In this document: positions 25,322 through 27,143 of the stretch, one piece after another
How the letters are laid out: the number at the start of each line of letters is the position of its first letter
Position numbering within the stretch: the first letter of the stretch is position 1
Origin: an uncultured virus (IMG/VR IMGVR_UViG_3300046681_000127)
Taxonomy: Duplodnaviria; Heunggongvirae; Uroviricota; Caudoviricetes
DNA length: 27,143 nucleotides
Virus record (IMG/VR): IMGVR_UViG_3300046681_000127
Reading direction: 5' to 3' (one strand)
Notes under the pieces: generated by a model
The model's database searches: none
Told to the model about the DNA's origin: nothing
Seen by the model: the letters and a program-made list of their open reading frames with translations, nothing else
Position numbers and translations under genes: made by a program

Positions 25322-25557
25322 CCACCAAGCCCAAGCCGGAAGCCAAAGCTGACGACCAGGTCGAGGCAGAGCAGGCAGTCCAGCCCGCACAGCCCGAGCC
25401 GGCGGCCGTCGAGGTACCGCTGTGCGGCGCACCGCACTTCCTGCCCGTCCTCGCCGGACACGTCGCCTGCCAGCTGGATGCTCAAGACCTAGAGCCTGGC
25501 GAGGCTGGGCACGAGCACCGGCGCCAGGACGGCGACGAGCTCTACACCTGGCGCTGA
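25318..25557 (+). CDS. Hypothetical protein
   Basis: ATGA coupling, GGAGG RBS, CGAPH...C...H.H motif. Confidence 0.7.
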   Translation: MTTKPKPEAKADDQVEAEQAVQPAQPEPAAVEVPLCGAPHFLPVLAGHVACQLDAQDLEPGEAGHEHRRQDGDELYTWR

Positions 25558-25597
25558 GCCAGCCCCCATGAACACTCGCCGCTGATCCCGGCGAGCA

Positions 25598-25627
25598 GAA
25601 GCCCCCGCCGATCTCAACGGGGGCTTC
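25598..25627. terminator. Bidirectional terminator-like hairpin
   Basis: GAAGCCCCCG/CGGGGGCTTC between convergent genes. Confidence 0.65.
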
Positions 25628-25632
25628 GCTGC

Positions 25633-26106
25633 TCAGTCCGTTCCATAGAGGAGCGGATTTCCTTGACCGTACTTAGCCAAGAAGCGCTCACCACGTTTAT
25701 GGAACCGCTCGTAACTGCCAAGCTCCGTGTTACAAGTTCCGCAGAGCAGCGCCCGCACTCGCCCGGACTCGTGGCAGTGGTCAACCACCAAGGGGCGTCC
25801 CCCGTCGGGCGTTTCCCGGCAGACCGCGCACGCGTAGCCCTGGCTCCGCAGCAGCATTTCGTACTGCTCCAGCGTGATTCCATAGCGCGACATCAGCCGA
25901 TAGCGGCGCACCGCTTCGCGGGTTGGCTTGCTCGCCCTCGATGCAGATGGACGCGATGGCCTTGTCCGCGCTCGGCATTCCGCGCACCGCGCGTTTCGTC
26001 GACTCAGCCCCATGCGATGGAATGCCTCTGCGGGTTTGGACACACCGCAGCTGAGACATACCCGGTCTGGTTCTCTCGGGGTAGGCGGCGCGATACTCTC
26101 GCTCAT
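25633..26106 (-). CDS. Endonuclease VII-domain protein (homing-like)
   Basis: YGITLEQYE.LL..QG..CAVC...LVVDHCHESGRVRALLCGTCN; N-terminal CxxC pairs. Confidence 0.9.
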   Translation of the reverse strand: MSESIAPPTPREPDRVCLSCGVSKPAEAFHRMGLSRRNARCAECRARTRPSRPSASRASKPTREAVRRYRLMSRYGITLEQYEMLLRSQGYACAVCRETPDGGRPLVVDHCHESGRVRALLCGTCNTELGSYERFHKRGERFLAKYGQGNPLLYGTD

Positions 26107-26286
26107 GTCAGCCTGCTCTTTCAGGTTGGCCACGCCCCGGGACGGTTGCCTCCGTCGCCGGGGTCTCTTACGTTCAATTCTCCCATGGCGGGCGGCAGTT
26201 CGCCGTCAATTCCGCAGGTCACCGCCTATGGAAGCGCCGGTCTTCCATGAAGGCGGTCGGGGGCTTCGTCACACCCGGAGAACGCC

Positions 26287-27102
26287 ATGAGAAGCCGAGC
26301 AGACTCACCCACCAAGACCTGTGCCGAGGCCGGATGCGGCAACGCACTGCGAGCCCGCGGCCTGTGCTCCACGCACTACAACCAGCAGCAGCCAGGCCGG
26401 CACAAGCCGACGGCCGCGGCATGCAGCGTCTGTGGAGCCGAATGCAGCAAGGGCAGAACACGCGAGCGAGTCGTCTGCTCCTTCGCCTGTCGCTGGTTCC
26501 TGCAGAACGAGCAGCACAGCAGCCCCGTGTCGTTCCCCGCCTGCGAGTGGTGCGATGCCACGTTCGCCACTCGGCTACCTGGAGCGCGCTGGTGCTCGGA
26601 CGCATGTCGGTTCACGGCCCAGCGCACCGAGTGGCCGACGTGCCAGGTCTACTACGCATCCTGCAGCTGGTGCGAGGCGCCCTTCACCACCTGGCATCCG
26701 GGGCAACGATGGTGCACGCCACGATGTGCAGGGCGTGGTGGCAGGGCTGCCCGTCGGGCGCTTGAACGAGGCGCCGCCGGAACGTTCACGTGGGCAGAGG
26801 TCATCGGTCTCTTCATCCGGTTCGGCCGATGCTGCGCCTACTGCAGACGACAAGTCGACGGCCAGCCGGACCCGGACCACGTCGTGCCGCTCAGCCGAGG
26901 CGGATCCAACTCGATCACCAACATCCTGCCGGCATGCCGGAGATGCAACGGCGACAAGCGCGACCTGTCTCTCGATGAGTGGACGGCCGATCGTCGGCGT
27001 CGCAATCTGCCAGCCGTCGTGACGACCTGGGCCGTCGGCGACCCCAAGTATCTCCACCTCGCGATCTCCCGCTCGGTCACTCAAGGTGACTTGGCGGCGT
27101 GA
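26287..27102 (+). CDS. HNH endonuclease with multiple N-terminal Zn-ribbon repeats
   Basis: CAYC...DHVVPLSRGGSNSITNILPACRRCNGDK; three CxxC...CxxxC repeats; GGAG RBS. Confidence 0.9.
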   Translation: MRSRADSPTKTCAEAGCGNALRARGLCSTHYNQQQPGRHKPTAAACSVCGAECSKGRTRERVVCSFACRWFLQNEQHSSPVSFPACEWCDATFATRLPGARWCSDACRFTAQRTEWPTCQVYYASCSWCEAPFTTWHPGQRWCTPRCAGRGGRAARRALERGAAGTFTWAEVIGLFIRFGRCCAYCRRQVDGQPDPDHVVPLSRGGSNSITNILPACRRCNGDKRDLSLDEWTADRRRRNLPAVVTTWAVGDPKYLHLAISRSVTQGDLAA

Positions 27103-27143
27103 CCGACCCGGGGGGCCAGGGTGAACCGAGCAGGTCAGAGGAC

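Larger units (their letters stand above)
1..27143. mobile_element. Segment of a temperate actinophage, prophage or phage-plasmid (extends beyond both window edges)
   Basis: XRE repressor/Bro-N antirepressor switch, many short translationally coupled ORFs, fibre/spike-like genes, packaging-type HNH and EndoVII; no housekeeping genes. Confidence 0.85.

Overview
High-GC actinobacterial (probably Streptomyces-type) DNA that reads as about 27 kb of a temperate phage, prophage or phage-plasmid. From left to right it holds: (i) a 5'-truncated hyaluronan/chitin-synthase-like GT2 gene; (ii) a leftward early block with a HAD hydrolase, two short replication-initiator-like wHTH paralogues and a Bro-N antirepressor, divergent from an XRE repressor; (iii) a regulator plus PP2C-like phosphatase pair; (iv) divergent from that pair, an ~8 kb Streptomyces-plasmid-type transfer operon (SpdB/DUF2637-like protein, membrane proteins, two paralogous helical proteins, TraB-like FtsK ATPase); (v) a rightward phage block with a Zn-ribbon regulator, HTH, DUF305, lipoprotein, lectin-tipped fibre and beta-helix spike; (vi) three nucleases, including a packaging-type HNH. 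No integrase, terminase, capsid, tRNA or CRISPR is visible. The most notable points are a TraB conjugation module inside a phage gene layout, a 76-aa mini-protein that copies the TraB Walker-B region, frame-independent GAGCGC repeats (candidate clt), and a nested start that would give a pair of small helical proteins. All family names come from motif recognition by eye; no database search was run.
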